From: Eledone cirrhosa | Taxonomy: Eukaryota | NCBI GenBank assembly: GCA_964016885.1 | Contig: OZ024753.1 | Location: forward strand, 22,134,001 to 22,198,000 | Direction of reading: 5' to 3' | Length of the DNA stretch: 64,000 nucleotides | Translations under genes and position numbers: made by a program | The notes under the pieces: model-generated | Told to the model about the DNA's origin: nothing | Databases searched by the model: none | What the model saw: only the letters and a program-made list of their open reading frames with translations | In this document: one piece after another, positions 1 to 15,000 of the stretch | Layout of the letters: each line of letters opens with the position of its first letter | Position numbering within the stretch: position 1 is the stretch's first letter

Positions 1-3000
1 ATGGTAGACTGGTTAGAACGCAAAATAGAATGGTAGAGTGGTTAGAACGTCAGATAGAATGGTAGAGTGGTTAGAACGTCTGATAGAATGGTAGAATGGT
101 TAGAACAACTTATATAATGGAAGAATGGTTAGAATGTCAGATAGAATGGTAGAGTGGTAAGAACATCTGATAGAATGGTAAAGTGGTTAGAACGTCTGAT
201 TGAATGGTAGAGTGGTTAGAACGTCTGATAGAATGGTAGAGTGGTTAGAACGTCATATAGAATGGTGGCGGTTAGAACGTCGGATAGAATGGTAGGGTGG
301 TTGGAACGTCTGTTAGAATGGTAGAATTGTTAGAACGTCGGATATAAAGGTAGACTGGTTAGAACATCAGATAGAGTGGTTAGAACGTCAGATAGAATGA
401 TAGAGTTATTAGAACGTCCGATAGAATGGTAGAGTGGTTAGAACGTCAGATAGAATGGTAGAATGGTTAGGACGTCGGATAGAATGATAGAGTAGTTAGA
501 ACCTCAGATATAATGGAAGAATGGTTAGAATGTCAGATAGAATGGTAGAGTGGTTAGAACGTCAGATAGAATGTTAGAGTGGTTAGAATGTCAGATAGAA
601 TGGTAGAATGGTTGGAACGTCTTATAGAATGGTAGAGTGGTTAGAACGTCAGATGGAATGGTAGAATGGTTAGGACGTCGTATAGAATGATAGAGTGGTT
701 AGAACCTCAGATATAATCGTAGAGTGGTTAGAATGTCAGATAGAATGGTAGAGTGGTTAGAACGTCAGATAGAATGTTAGAGTGGTTAGAATGTCAGATA
801 GAATGGTAGAGTGGTTAGGACGTCAGATTGAATGGTAGAGTTGTTAGAATATCAGATAGAATGGTAGAGGTTAGAACGTCTCATAGAATGGTAAAGTGGT
901 TAGTACGTCAGATAGAATGGTAGAGTGGTTAGGACGTCGGATAGAATGGTAGTGGTTAGAACGTCAGATAGAATGGTAGAGTGGTTAGAATTTTAGATAG
1001 AATGGTAGAGTGGTTAGAACGTCAGATAGAATGTTAGAGTGGTTAGAATGTCAAATAGAATGGTAGAATGGTTAGAACGTCGGATATAAAGGTAGACTGG
1101 TTATAACATGAGATAGAGTGGTTAGAACGTTAGATAGAATGGTAGAGTTGTTAGAATATCAGATAGAATGGTGGAGTAGTTAGAATATCAGATAGAATGG
1201 TAGAGGTTAGAACGTCTCATAGAATGGTAAAGTGGTTAGTACGTCAGATAGAATGGTAGAGTGGTTAGAACGTCAGATAGAATGATAGAATGGTTGGAAC
1301 GTGTTATAGAATGGTAGAGTGGTTAGAACGTCAGATAGAATGGTAGAATGGTTAGCACGTCGGATAGAATGGTAGTGGTTAGAACGTCAGATAGAATGGT
1401 AGAGTGGTTAGAATGTCAGATAGAATGGTAGAGTGGTTAGAACGTCGGATATAAAGGTAGACTGGTTATAACATCAGATAGAGAGGTTAGAACGTCAGAT
1501 AGAGTGGTAGAGTTGTTAGAATATCATATAGAATGGTGGAGTAGTTAGAACGTCAGAGAGAATGGCTAGAACGTCTGATAGAATGGTAGGGTTATTAGAA
1601 CGTCGGATAGAATGGTAGACTGGTTAGAACGTCAAATAGAATGGTAGAGTGGTTAGAACGTCAGATAGAATGGTAGAGTGGTTAGAACGTCTGATAGAAT
1701 GGTAGAATGTTTAGAACAACTTATATAATTGTAGAATGGTTAGAACGTCAGATAGAATGGTAGAGTGGTTAGAACATCTGAAAGAATGGTAAAGTGGCTA
1801 GAACGTCTGATTGAATGGTAGAGTGGTTAGAACGTCTGATAGAATGGTAGAGTGGTTAGAACGTCAGATAGAATGGTGGCGGTTAGAACGTCGGTTGAAT
1901 GGAAGAGTGGTTGGAACGTCTGATAGAATGGTAGAATTGTTAGAACGTCGGATAGAAAGGTAGACTGGTTAGAACGTGAAATAAAATGTTAGAATGGTAA
2001 GAACGTGAAATAAAATGTTAGAGTGTTAAGAACGTGTGATAGAATTGTAGAGGTTAGAACGTCAGATAGAATGGTAGAGTGGTTAGAACGTGAGATAGAA
2101 TGTGAGAGTGGTTAGAATGTCAGATAGAATGGTAGAGTGGTTAGGACGTCAGACAGAATGGTAGAGTTGTTAGAATATCAGATAGAATGGTGGAGTAGTT
2201 AGAACGTCATATAGAATGGTTAGAACGTCGGATAGAATGGAAGAGTCATTAGAACGTGTGATAGAATGGTATAGGTTAGAACGTCTCATAGAATGGTAAA
2301 GTTGTTATTACGTCAGATAGAATGGTAGAGTGGTTAGAACGTCTGATACAATGATAGAGTGGTTATAACGTCAGATAGAATGATAGAGTGTTTACGACGT
2401 CTAATAGAATGCTAGTGGTTAGAACGTCAGATAGAATGGTAGAGTGGTTAGAACGTCAGATAGATTGGTAGAGTGGTTAGAACGTCCGATAGAATGGTAG
2501 AGGGGTTAGAAATTCAGATAGAATGGTAGAATGGTTAGAACAACTTATATAATTGTAGAATGGTTAGAACGTCAGATAGAATGGTAGAATGGTTATAACG
2601 TCAGATAGAATGGTAGAGTGGTTAGAACGTCAGATAGAATGGTAGAATGGTTGGAACGTCTGATAGAATGATAGAGTGGTTAGAAGTCAGATAAAATGGT
2701 AAAATCGCTAGCACGTCGGATAGAATGGTAGTGGTTAGAACGTCAGATAGAATGGTAGAGTGGTTAGAATGTCAGATAGAATGGTAGATTGGTTAGAACG
2801 TCGGATAGAAAGGTAGACTGGTTATAACATCAGATAGAGTGGTTAGAACGTCAGATAGAATGGTAGAGTTGTTAGAATATCAGATAGAATGGTGGAGTAG
2901 TTAGAACGTCAGATAGAATGGTAGAGTGGTTAGAACGTCTGATAGAATGGTAGAATGGTTAGAACAACTTATATAATGGTAGAATGGTTAGAACGTCAGA

Positions 3001-6000
3001 TAGAATGGTAGAGTGGTTAGAACATCTGATAGAATGGTAAAGTGGTTAGAACGTCAGATAGAATGGTAGAATGGTTAGGACGTCGGATAGAATGATAGAG
3101 TGGTTAGAACGTCATATAGAATGGTGGCGGTTAGAACGTCGGATAGAATGGTAGGGTGGTTGGAACGTCTGATAGAATGGTAGAATTGTTAGAACGTCGG
3201 ATAGGAAGGTAGACTGGTTAGAACATCACATAGAGTGGTTAGAACGTCAGATAGAATGATAGAGTTGTTAGAACCTCCGATAGAATGGTAGAGTGGTTAG
3301 AACGTCAGATAGAATGGTAGAATGGTTAGGACGTCGGATAGAATGATAGAGTGGTTAGAACGTCAGATATAATCGTAGAGTGGTTAGAATGTCAGATAGA
3401 ATGTTAGAGTGGTTAGAATGTCAGATAGAATGGTAGATTAGTTAGAACATCAGATAGAGTGGTTAGAACGTCAAATAGAATGCTAGAGTGGTTAGAACGT
3501 CAGATAGAATGGTAGAATGGTTATAACGTCAGATAGAATGGTAGAGTGGTTAGAACGTAAGATAGAATGGTAGAATGGTTGGAACGTCTTATAGAATGGT
3601 AGAGTGGTTAGAACGTCAGATAGAATGGTAGAATGGTTAGCACGTCGGATAGAATGGTTGTGGTTAGAACGTCAGATAGAATGGAAGAATGGTTAGAATG
3701 TCAGATAGAATGGTAGAGTGGTTAGAACGTCAGATAGAATGTTAGAGTGGTTAGAATGTCAGATAGAATGGTAGAATGGTTGGAACGTCTGATAGAATGG
3801 TAGAGTGGTTAGAACGTCAGATAGAATGGTAGAATGGTTAGGCCGTCGGATAGAATGATAGAGTGGTTAGAACCTCATTTATAATCGTAGAGTGGTTAGA
3901 ATGTCAGATAAAATGGTAGAGTGGTTAGAACGTCAGATAGAATGTTAGAGTGATTAGAATGTCAAATAGAATGGTAGAGTGGTTAGGACGTCAGATTGAA
4001 TGGTAGAGTTGTTAGAATATCAGATAGAATGGTAGAGGTTAGAACGTCTCATAGAATGGTAAAGTGGTTAGTACGTCAGATAGAATGGTAGAGTGGTTAG
4101 AACGTCTGGTACAATGATAGAGTGGTTTTAACGTCAGATAGAATGATAGAGTGGTTACGACGTCTGATAGAATGCTAGTGGTTAGAACGTCAGATAGAAT
4201 GGTAGAGTGGTTAGAACGTCAGATAGATTGGTAGAGTGGTTAGAACGTCCGATAGAATGGTAGAGGGGTTAGAACGTCAGATAGAATCGTAGAATGTTTA
4301 GAACGTCGGATAGAATGGTAGAGTGGTTGGAACGTCTGATAGAATGGTAGAGTTGTTGGAACGTCTGATAGAATGGTAGAATTGTTAGAACGTCAGATAT
4401 AATGGAAGAATGGTTAGAACATCGGATAGAATGGTAGAGTGGTTAGAACGTCAGATAGAATGGTAGAATGTTTAGAACGTCAAATAGAATGGTAGTGGTT
4501 AGAACGTCAGAGAGAATGGTAGAGTGGTTAGAATGTCAGATAGAATGGTAGAGTGGTTAGAACGTCAGATACAATGTTAGAGTGGTTAGAATGTCAAATA
4601 GAATGGTAGAATGTTTAGAACGTCGGATAGAAAGGTAGACTGGTTAGAACATCAGATAGAGTGGTTAGAACGTCAGATAGAATGGTAGAGTTGTTAGAAT
4701 ATCAGATAGAATGGTGGAGTAGTTAGAACGTCAGAGAGAATGGCTAGAACGTCTGATAGAATGGTAGAGTTATTAGAACGTCGGATAGAATGGTAGACTG
4801 GTTAGAACGCAAAATAGAATGGTAGAGTGGTTAGAACGTCAGATAGAATGGTAGAGTGGTTAGAACGTCTGATAGAATGGTAGAATGGTTAGAACAACTT
4901 ATATAATGGAAGAATGGTTAGAATGTCAGATAGAATGGTAGAGTGGTAAGAACATCTGATAGAATGGTAAAGTGGTTAGAACGTCTGATTGAATGGTAGA
5001 GTGGTTAGAACGTCTGATAGAATGGTAGAGTGGTTAGAACGTCATATAGAATGGTGGCGGTTAGAACGTCGGATAGAATGGTAGGGTGGTTGGAACGTCT
5101 GTTAGAATGGTAGAATTGTTAGAACGTCGGATATAAAGGTAGACTGGTTAGAACATCAGATAGAGTGGTTAGAACGTCAGATAGAATGATAGAGTTATTA
5201 GAACGTCCGATAGAATGGTAGAGTGGTTAGAACGTCAGATAGAATGGTAGAATGGTTAGGACGTCGGATAGAATGATAGAGTAGTTAGAACCTCAGATAT
5301 AATGGAAGAATGGTTAGAATGTCAGATAGAATGGTAGAGTGGTTAGAACGTCAGATAGAATGTTAGAGTGGTTAGAATGTCAGATAGAATGGTAGAATGG
5401 TTGGAACGTCTTATAGAATGGTAGAGTGGTTAGAACGTCAGATGGAATGGTAGAATGGTTAGGACGTCGTATAGAATGATAGAGTGGTTAGAACCTCAGA
5501 TATAATCGTAGAGTGGTTAGAATGTCAGATAGAATGGTAGAGTGGTTAGAACGTCAGATAGAATGTTAGAGTGGTTAGAATGTCAGATAGAATGGTAGAG
5601 TGGTTAGGACGTCAGATTGAATGGTAGAGTTGTTAGAATATCAGATAGAATGGTAGAGGTTAGAACGTCTCATAGAATGGTAAAGTGGTTAGTACGTCAG
5701 ATAGAATGGTAGAGTGGTTAGGACGTCGGATAGAATGGTAGTGGTTAGAACGTCAGATAGAATGGTAGAGTGGTTAGAATTTTAGATAGAATGGTAGAGT
5801 GGTTAGAACGTCAGATAGAATGTTAGAGTGGTTAGAATGTCAAATAGAATGGTAGAATGGTTAGAACGTCGGATATAAAGGTAGACTGGTTATAACATGA
5901 GATAGAGTGGTTAGAACGTTAGATAGAATGGTAGAGTTGTTAGAATATCAGATAGAATGGTGGAGTAGTTAGAATATCAGATAGAATGGTAGAGGTTAGA

Positions 6001-9000
6001 ACGTCTCATAGAATGGTAAAGTGGTTAGTACGTCAGATAGAATGGTAGAGTGGTTAGAACGTCAGATAGAATGATAGAATGGTTGGAACGTGTTATAGAA
6101 TGGTAGAGTGGTTAGAACGTCAGATAGAATGGTAGAATGGTTAGCACGTCGGATAGAATGGTAGTGGTTAGAACGTCAGATAGAATGGTAGAGTGGTTAG
6201 AATGTCAGATAGAATGGTAGAGTGGTTAGAACGTCGGATATAAAGGTAGACTGGTTATAACATCAGATAGAGAGGTTAGAACGTCAGATAGAGTGGTAGA
6301 GTTGTTAGAATATCATATAGAATGGTGGAGTAGTTAGAACGTCAGAGAGAATGGCTAGAACGTCTGATAGAATGGTAGGGTTATTAGAACGTCGGATAGA
6401 ATGGTAGACTGGTTAGAACGTCAAATAGAATGGTAGAGTGGTTAGAACGTCAGATAGAATGGTAGAGTGGTTAGAACGTCTGATAGAATGGTAGAATGTT
6501 TAGAACAACTTATATAATTGTAGAATGGTTAGAACGTCAGATAGAATGGTAGAGTGGTTAGAACATCTGAAAGAATGGTAAAGTGGCTAGAACGTCTGAT
6601 TGAATGGTAGAGTGGTTAGAACGTCTGATAGAATGGTAGAGTGGTTAGAACGTCAGATAGAATGGTGGCGGTTAGAACGTCGGTTGAATGGAAGAGTGGT
6701 TGGAACGTCTGATAGAATGGTAGAATTGTTAGAACGTCGGATAGAAAGGTAGACTGGTTAGAACGTGAAATAAAATGTTAGAATGGTAAGAACGTGAAAT
6801 AAAATGTTAGAGTGTTAAGAACGTGTGATAGAATTGTAGAGGTTAGAACGTCAGATAGAATGGTAGAGTGGTTAGAACGTGAGATAGAATGTGAGAGTGG
6901 TTAGAATGTCAGATAGAATGGTAGAGTGGTTAGGACGTCAGACAGAATGGTAGAGTTGTTAGAATATCAGATAGAATGGTGGAGTAGTTAGAACGTCATA
7001 TAGAATGGTTAGAACGTCGGATAGAATGGAAGAGTCATTAGAACGTGTGATAGAATGGTATAGGTTAGAACGTCTCATAGAATGGTAAAGTTGTTATTAC
7101 GTCAGATAGAATGGTAGAGTGGTTAGAACGTCTGATACAATGATAGAGTGGTTATAACGTCAGATAGAATGATAGAGTGTTTACGACGTCTAATAGAATG
7201 CTAGTGGTTAGAACGTCAGATAGAATGGTAGAGTGGTTAGAACGTCAGATAGATTGGTAGAGTGGTTAGAACGTCCGATAGAATGGTAGAGGGGTTAGAA
7301 ATTCAGATAGAATGGTAGAATGGTTAGAACAACTTATATAATTGTAGAATGGTTAGAACGTCAGATAGAATGGTAGAATGGTTATAACGTCAGATAGAAT
7401 GGTAGAGTGGTTAGAACGTCAGATAGAATGGTAGAATGGTTGGAACGTCTGATAGAATGATAGAGTGGTTAGAAGTCAGATAAAATGGTAAAATCGCTAG
7501 CACGTCGGATAGAATGGTAGTGGTTAGAACGTCAGATAGAATAGTAGAGTGGTTAGAATGTCAGATAGAATGGTAGATTGGTTAGAACGTCGGATAGAAA
7601 GGTAGACTGGTTAGAACATCAGATAGAGTGGTTAGAACGTCAGATAAAATGGTAGAGTTGTTAGAATATCAGATAGAATGGTGGAGTAGTTAGAACGTCA
7701 GAGAGAATGGCTAGAAAGTCGGATAGAATGGTAGAGTCATTAGAACATTTGACAGAATGGTAGTGGTTAGAACGTCTCATAGAATGGTAGCGTGGTTAGT
7801 ACGTCAGATAGAATGGTAGAGTGGTTACAATATCTGATAGAATGGTAGAGTTATTAGAACGTCGGATAGAATGGTAGACTGGTTAGAACGTCAAATAGAA
7901 TGGTAGAGTGGTTATAACGTCAGATAGATTGGTAGAGTGGTTAGAATGTCAGATAGAATGGTAGAATGGTTAGAACATCAGATATAGTGGTTAGAACGTC
8001 AAATAGAATACTAGAGTGGTTAGAACGTCAGATAGAATGGTAGAATGGTTATAACATCAGATAGAATGGTAGAGTGGTTAGAACGTCAGATAGAATGGTA
8101 GAATGGTTGGAACGTCTTATAGAATGGTAGAGTGGTTAGAACGTCAGCTAGAATGGTAGAATGGTTAGCACGTCGGATAGAATGGTAGTGGTTAGAACGT
8201 CAGATAGAATGGTAGAGTGGTTAGAATGTCAGATAGAATGGTAGAGTGGTTAGAACGTCAGATACAATGTTAGAGTGGTTAGAATGTCAAATAGAATGGT
8301 AGAATGGTTAGAACGTCGGATATAAAGGTAGACTGGTTAGAACATCAGATAGAGTGGTTAGAACGTCAGATAGAATGGTAGAGTTGTTAGAATATCAGAT
8401 AGAATGGTGGAGTAGTTAGAACGTCAGAGAGAATTGCTAGAACGTCTGATAGAATGGTAGAGTTATTAGAACGTCGGATAGAATGGTAGACTGGTTAGAA
8501 CGTCAAATAGAATGGTAGAGTGGTTAGAACGTCAGATAGAAGGGTAGAGTGGTTAGAACGTCTGATAGAATGGTAGAATGGATAGAACAACTTATATAAT
8601 GGTACAATGGTTAGAACGTCAGATAGAATGGTAGAGTGGTTAGAACATCTGATAGAATGGTAAAGTGGGTAGAACGTCTGATTGAATGGTAGAGTGGTTA
8701 GAACGTCTGATAGAATGGTAGAGTGGTTAGAACGTCATATAGAATGGTGGCGGTTAGAACGTCGGATAGAATGTTAGGGTGGTTGGAACCTCAGATATAA
8801 TGGAAGAATGGTTAGAATGTCAGATAGAATGGTATAGTGCTTAGAACGTCTGATAGAATGTTAGAGTGGTTAGAATGTCAGATAGAATGGTAGAATGGTT
8901 GGAACGTCTGATAGAATGGTAGAGTGGTTAGAACGTCAGGTAGAATGGTAGAATGGTTAGGACGTCGGATAGAATGATAGAGTGGTTAGAACCTCAGATA

Positions 9001-12000
9001 TAATCGTAGAGTGGTTAGAATGTCAGATAGAATGGTAGAGTGGTTAGAACGTGAGATAGAATGTGAGAGTGGTTAGAATGTCAGATAGAATGGTAGAGTG
9101 GTTAGGACGTCAGATTGAATGGTAGAGTTGTTAGAATATCAGATAGAATGGTAGAGGTTAGAACGTCTCATAGAATGATAAAGTGGTTAGTACGTCAGAT
9201 AGAATGGTAGAGTGGTTAGAACGTCTGATACAATGATAGAGTGGTTATAACGTCAGATAGAATGATAGTGTGGTTACGACGTCTGATAGAATGCTAGTGG
9301 TTAGAACGTCAGATAGAATGGTAGAGTGGTTAGAACGTCAGATAGATTGGTGGAGTGGTTGGAACGTCCGATAGAATGGTAGAGGGGTTAGAACGTCAGA
9401 TAGAATCGTAGAATGTTTAGAACGTCAAATAGAATGGTAGTGGTTAGAACGTCAGATAGATTGGTAGAGTGGTTAGAACGTCCGATAGAATGGTAGAGTG
9501 GTTAGAACGTCAGATAGATTGGTAGAGTGGTTAGAACGCCAGATAGAATGGTAGAATGTTTAGAACGTCAAATAGAATGATAGTGGTTAGAACGTCGGAT
9601 AGAATGGTAGAGTGGTTGGAACGTCTGATAGAATGGTAGAGTGGTTGGAACGTCTGATAGAATGGTAGAATGGTTAGAACAACTTATATAATGGAAGAAT
9701 GGTTAGAACGTCAGATAGAATGGTAGAGTTGTTAGAACATCTGATAGAATTGTAAAGTGGTTAGAACGTCTGATTGAATGGTAGAGTGGTTAGAACGTCT
9801 GATAGAATGGTAGAGTGGTTAGAACGTCATATAGAATGGTGGCGGTTAGAACGTCGGATAGAATGGTAGGGTGGTTGGAACGTCTGATAGAATGGTAGAA
9901 TTGTTAGAACGTCGGATAGAAAGGTAGACTGGTTAGAACATCAGATAGAGTGATTAGAACGTCAAATAGAATGCTAGAGTGGTTAGAACGTCAGATAGAA
10001 TGGTAGAATGGTTATAACGTCAGATAGAATTGTAGAGTGGTTAGAACGTCAGATAGAATGGTAGAATGGTTGGAACGTCTTATAGAATGGTAGAGTGGTT
10101 AGAACGTCAGATAGAATGGTAGAATGGTTAGCACGTCGGATAGAAAGGTAGACTGGTTAGAACATCAGACAGAGTGGTTAGAACGTCGGATAGAAAGGTA
10201 GACTGGTTAGAACATCAGATAGAATCGTAGAGTGGTTAGAATGTCAGATAGAATGGTAGAGTGGTTAGGACTTCAGACAGATTGGTAGAGTTGTTAGAAT
10301 ATCAGATAGAATGGTGGAGTAGTTAGAACGTCAGATAGAATGGAAGAGTCATTAGAACGTGTGATAGAATGGTAGAGGTTAGAACGTCTCATAGAATGGT
10401 AAAGTTGTTATTACGTCAGATAGAATGGTAGAGTGGTTAGAACGTCTGATACAATGATAGAGTGGTTATAACGTCAGATAGAATGATAGAGTGTTTACGA
10501 CGTCTGATAGAATGCTAGTGGTTAGAACGTCAGATAGAATGGTAGAGTAGTTAGAACGTCAGATAGATTGGTAGAGTGGTTAGAACGTCCGATAGAATGG
10601 TAGAGGGGTTAGAACTTCAGATAGAATGGTAGAATGGTTAGAACGTCAAATAGAATGGTAGTGGTTAGAACGTCGGATAGAATGGTAGAGTGGTTGGAAC
10701 GTCTGATAGAATGGTAGAGTGGTTAGAACGTCAGATAGAATGGTAGAATGGTTATAACGTCAGATAGAATGGTAGAGTGGTTAGAACGTCAGATAGAATG
10801 GTAGAAAGGTTGGAACGTCTGATAGAATGGTAGAGTGGTTAGAACGTCAGATAAAATGGTAAAATCGCTAGCACGTCGGATAGAATGGTAGTGGTTAGAA
10901 CGTCAGATAGAATGGTAGAGTGGTTAGAATGTCAAATAGAATGGTAGATTGGTTAGAACGTCGGATAGAAAGGTTGACTGGTTAGAACGTCAGATAGAAT
11001 GGTAGAGTTGTTAAAATATCAGATAGAATGGTGGAGTAGTTAGAACGTCAGAGAGAATGGCAAGAAAGTCGGATAGAATGGTAGAGTCATTAGAACATCT
11101 GATAGAATGGTAGTGGTTAGTACGTCTCATAGAATGGTAGAGTGGTTAGTACGTCAGATAGAATGGTAGAGTGGTTACAATATCTGATAGAATGGTAGAG
11201 TCGTTAGAACGTCTGATTGAATGGTAGAGTGGTTAGAACGTCTGATAGAATGGTAGAGCGGTTAGAACGTCAGATAGAATGGTGGCGGTTAGAATGTCGG
11301 ATAGAATGGTAGAGTGGTTGGAACGTCTGATAGAATGGTAGAGTTTGTTGGTACGTCGGATAGAATGGTAGAGTGGTTAGAACGTCACATAGAATGGTAG
11401 AGTTGTTAGAACGTCAGATATAATGGAAGAATGGTTAGAACGTCAGATAGAATGGTAGAGTGGTTAGAACGTCAGATAGAATGGTAGAGTGGTTAGAACG
11501 TCAGGCAGAATGGTAGAATGGGTAGAACGTCAGATAGAATGGTAGAGTGGTTAGAACGTCAGATAGAATGGTAGAATGGTTGGAACGTTTGATAGAATGG
11601 TAGCGGTTAGAAGGTCAGATAGAATGGTAGAGTGGTTAGATGTGTCAGATAGATTGGTAGAGTTGTTAGAACGTCAGATATAATGGAAGAATGGTTAGAA
11701 CGTCAGATAGAATGATAGAGTTGTCAGAACGTCCGATAGAATGGTAGAGTGGTTAGTACGTCGGATAGAATGGTAGAGTGGTTAGAACGTTACATAGAAT
11801 GGTAGAGTCGTTAGAACGTCAGATATAATGGAAGAATGATTACAACGTCAGATAGAATGGTAGAGTGGTTAGAACGTCAGATAGAATGATAGAGTGGTTA
11901 GAACGTCCGATAGAATGGTAGAGTGGTTAGTACGACGGATAGAATGGTAGAGTGGTTAGAACGTCACATAGAATGTTAGAGTCGTTAGAACGTCAGATAT

Positions 12001-15000
12001 AATGGAAGAATGGTTACAACGTCAGATAGAATGGTAGAGTGCTTAGAACGACGGATAGAATGGTAGAGTGGTTAGAACGTCAGATAGAATGGTAGAATGG
12101 TTAGGACGTCGGATAGAATGATAGAGTGGTTAGAACGTCCGATAGAATGGTAGAGTGGTTAGTACGTCGGATAGAATGGTAGAGTGGTTAGAACGTCACA
12201 TAGAATGGTAGAGTCGTTAGAACGTCAGATATAATGGAAGAATGGTTACAACGTCAGATAGAATCGTAGAGTGCTTAGAATGTCAGATAGAATGGTAGAG
12301 TGGTTAGAAAGTCGGATAGAAAGGTAGAGTTGTTAGAATATCAGATAGAATGGTGGAGTAGTTAGAACGTCAGATAGAATGGTTAGAACGTCGGATAGAA
12401 TGGAAGAGTCATTAGAACGTGTGATAGAACGGTAGAGGTTAGAACGTCTCATAGAATGGTAAAGTGGTTAGTACGTCAGATAGAATGGTAGAGTGGTTAG
12501 AACGTCTGATACAATGATAGAGTGTTTACGACGTCTGATAGAATGGTATTGGTTAGAACGTCAGATAGAATGGTAGAGTGGTTAGAACGTCAGATAGATT
12601 GGTACAGTGGTTAGAACGTCCGATAGAATGGTAAAGTGGTTAGAACGGCTGATAGAATGGTAGATTGGTTATAACGTCAGATAGAATTGTAGAGTGGTTA
12701 GAACGTCAGATAGAATGGTAGAAAGGTTCGAACGTCTGATAGAATGGTAGAGTGGTTAGAACGTCAGATAGAATGGTCAAATGGCTAGCACGTCGGATAA
12801 TATGGTAGTGGTTAGAACGTCAGATAGAATGGTAGATTGGTTAGAACGTCGGATAGAAAGGTTGACTGGTTAGAACATCAGATAGAGTGGTTAGAACGTC
12901 AGATAGAATGGTGGAGTAGTTAGAACGTCAGATAGAATGGTAGAATGGTTGGAACGTCTGATAGAATGGTAGAGTGGTTAGAACGTCAGATAGAATGGTA
13001 GAATGGTTAGCACGTCAGACAGAATGGTAGTGGTTAGGACGTCGGATAGAATGGTAGAGTTGTTAGAACGTCGGATAGAATGGTAGAGTGGTTAGAACGT
13101 CAAATAGAATGCTAGAGTGGTTAGAACGTCAAATAGAATGCTAGAGTGGTTAGAACGTCAGATAGAATGGTTGAGAGGTTAGAACGTCTGATAGAATGGT
13201 AGAGTCGTTGGAACGTCAGATAGAATGGTAGAATGGTTGGAACGTCTGATAGAATGGTAGCGGTTAGAAGGTCAGATAGAATGGTAGAGTGGTTAGATGT
13301 ATCAGATAGATTGGTAGAGTGGTTAGAACGTCAGATACAATGTTAGAGTGGTTAGAATGTCAAATAGAATGGTAGAGTTGTTAGAACGTCAGATATAATG
13401 GAAGAATGGTTAGAACGTCAGATAGAATGATAGAGTTGTCAGAACGTCCGATAGAATGGTAGAGTGGTTAGTACGTCGGATAGAAAGGTAGAGTGGTTAG
13501 AACGTCACATAGAATGGTAGAGTCGTTAGAACATCAGATATAATGGAAGAATGGTTACAACGTCAGATAGAATGGTAGAGTGGTTAGAACGTCAGATAGA
13601 ATGATAGAGTGGTTAGAACGTCCGACAGAATGGTAGAGTGGTTAGTACGTCGGATAGAATGGTAGAGTGGTTAGAACGTCACATAGAATGGTAGAGTCGT
13701 TAGAACGTCAGATATAATGGAAGAATGGTTACAACGTCAGATAGAATGGTAGAGTGGTTAGAACGACGGATAGAATGGTAGAGTGGTTAGAACGTCAGAT
13801 AGAATGGCAGAATGGTTAGGACGTCGGATAGAATGATAGAGTGGTTAGAACGTCCGATAGAATGGTTGAGTGGTTAGTACGTCGGATAGAATGGTAGAGT
13901 GGTTAGAACGTCACATAGAATGGTAGAGTCGTTAGAACGTCAGATATAATGGAAGAATGGTTACAACGTCAGATAGAATCGTAGAGTGCTTAGAATGTCA
14001 GATAGAATGGTAGAGTGGTTAGAAAGTCGGATAGAAAGGTAGACTGGTTAGAACATCAGATAGAATCGTAGAGTGGTTAGAATGTCAGATAGAATGGTAG
14101 AGTTGTTAGAATATCAGATAGAATGGTGGAGTAGTTGGAACGTCAGATAGAATGTGTTAGAACGTCGGATAGAATGGAAGAGTCATTAGAACGTGTGATA
14201 GAACGGTAGAGGTTAGAACGTCTCATAGATTGGTAAAGTGGTTAGTACGTCAGATAGAATGGTAGAGTGGTCAGAACGTCTGATACAATGATAGAGTGTT
14301 TACGACGTCTGATAGAATGGTAGTGGTTAGAACGTCAGATAGAATGGTAGAGTGGTTAGAACGTCAGATAGATTGGTACAGTGGTTAGAACGTCCGATAG
14401 AATGGTAAAGTCGTTAGAACGGCTGATAGAATGGTAGAATGGTTATAACGTCAGATAGAATGGTAGAGTGGTTAGAACGTCAGATAGAATGGGAGAAAGG
14501 TTGGAACGTCTGATAGAATGGTAGAGTGGTTAGAACGTCAGATAGAATGGTCAAATGGCTAGCACGTCGGATAATATGGTAGTGGTTAGAACGTCAGATA
14601 GAATGGTAGATTGGTTAGAACGTCAGATAGAAAGGTTGACTGGTTAGAACATCAGATAGAGTGGTTAGAACGTCAGATAGAATGGTGGAGTAGTTAGAAC
14701 GTCAGATAGAATGGTAGAATGGTTGGAACGTTTGATAGAATGGTAGAGTGGTTAGAACGTCAGATAGAATGGTAGAATGGTTAGCACGTCAGACAGAATG
14801 GTAGTGGTTAGGACGTCGGATAGAATGGTAGAGTGGTTAGAACGTCAAATAGAATGCTAGAGTGGTTAGAACGTCAGATAGAATGGTTGAGAGGTTAGAA
14901 CGTCTGATAGAATGGTAGAGTGGTTGGAACGTCTGATAAAATGGTAGAGTGGTTAGAACGTCAGATAGAATGGTAGAGTCGTTAGAACGTCTGATAGAAT

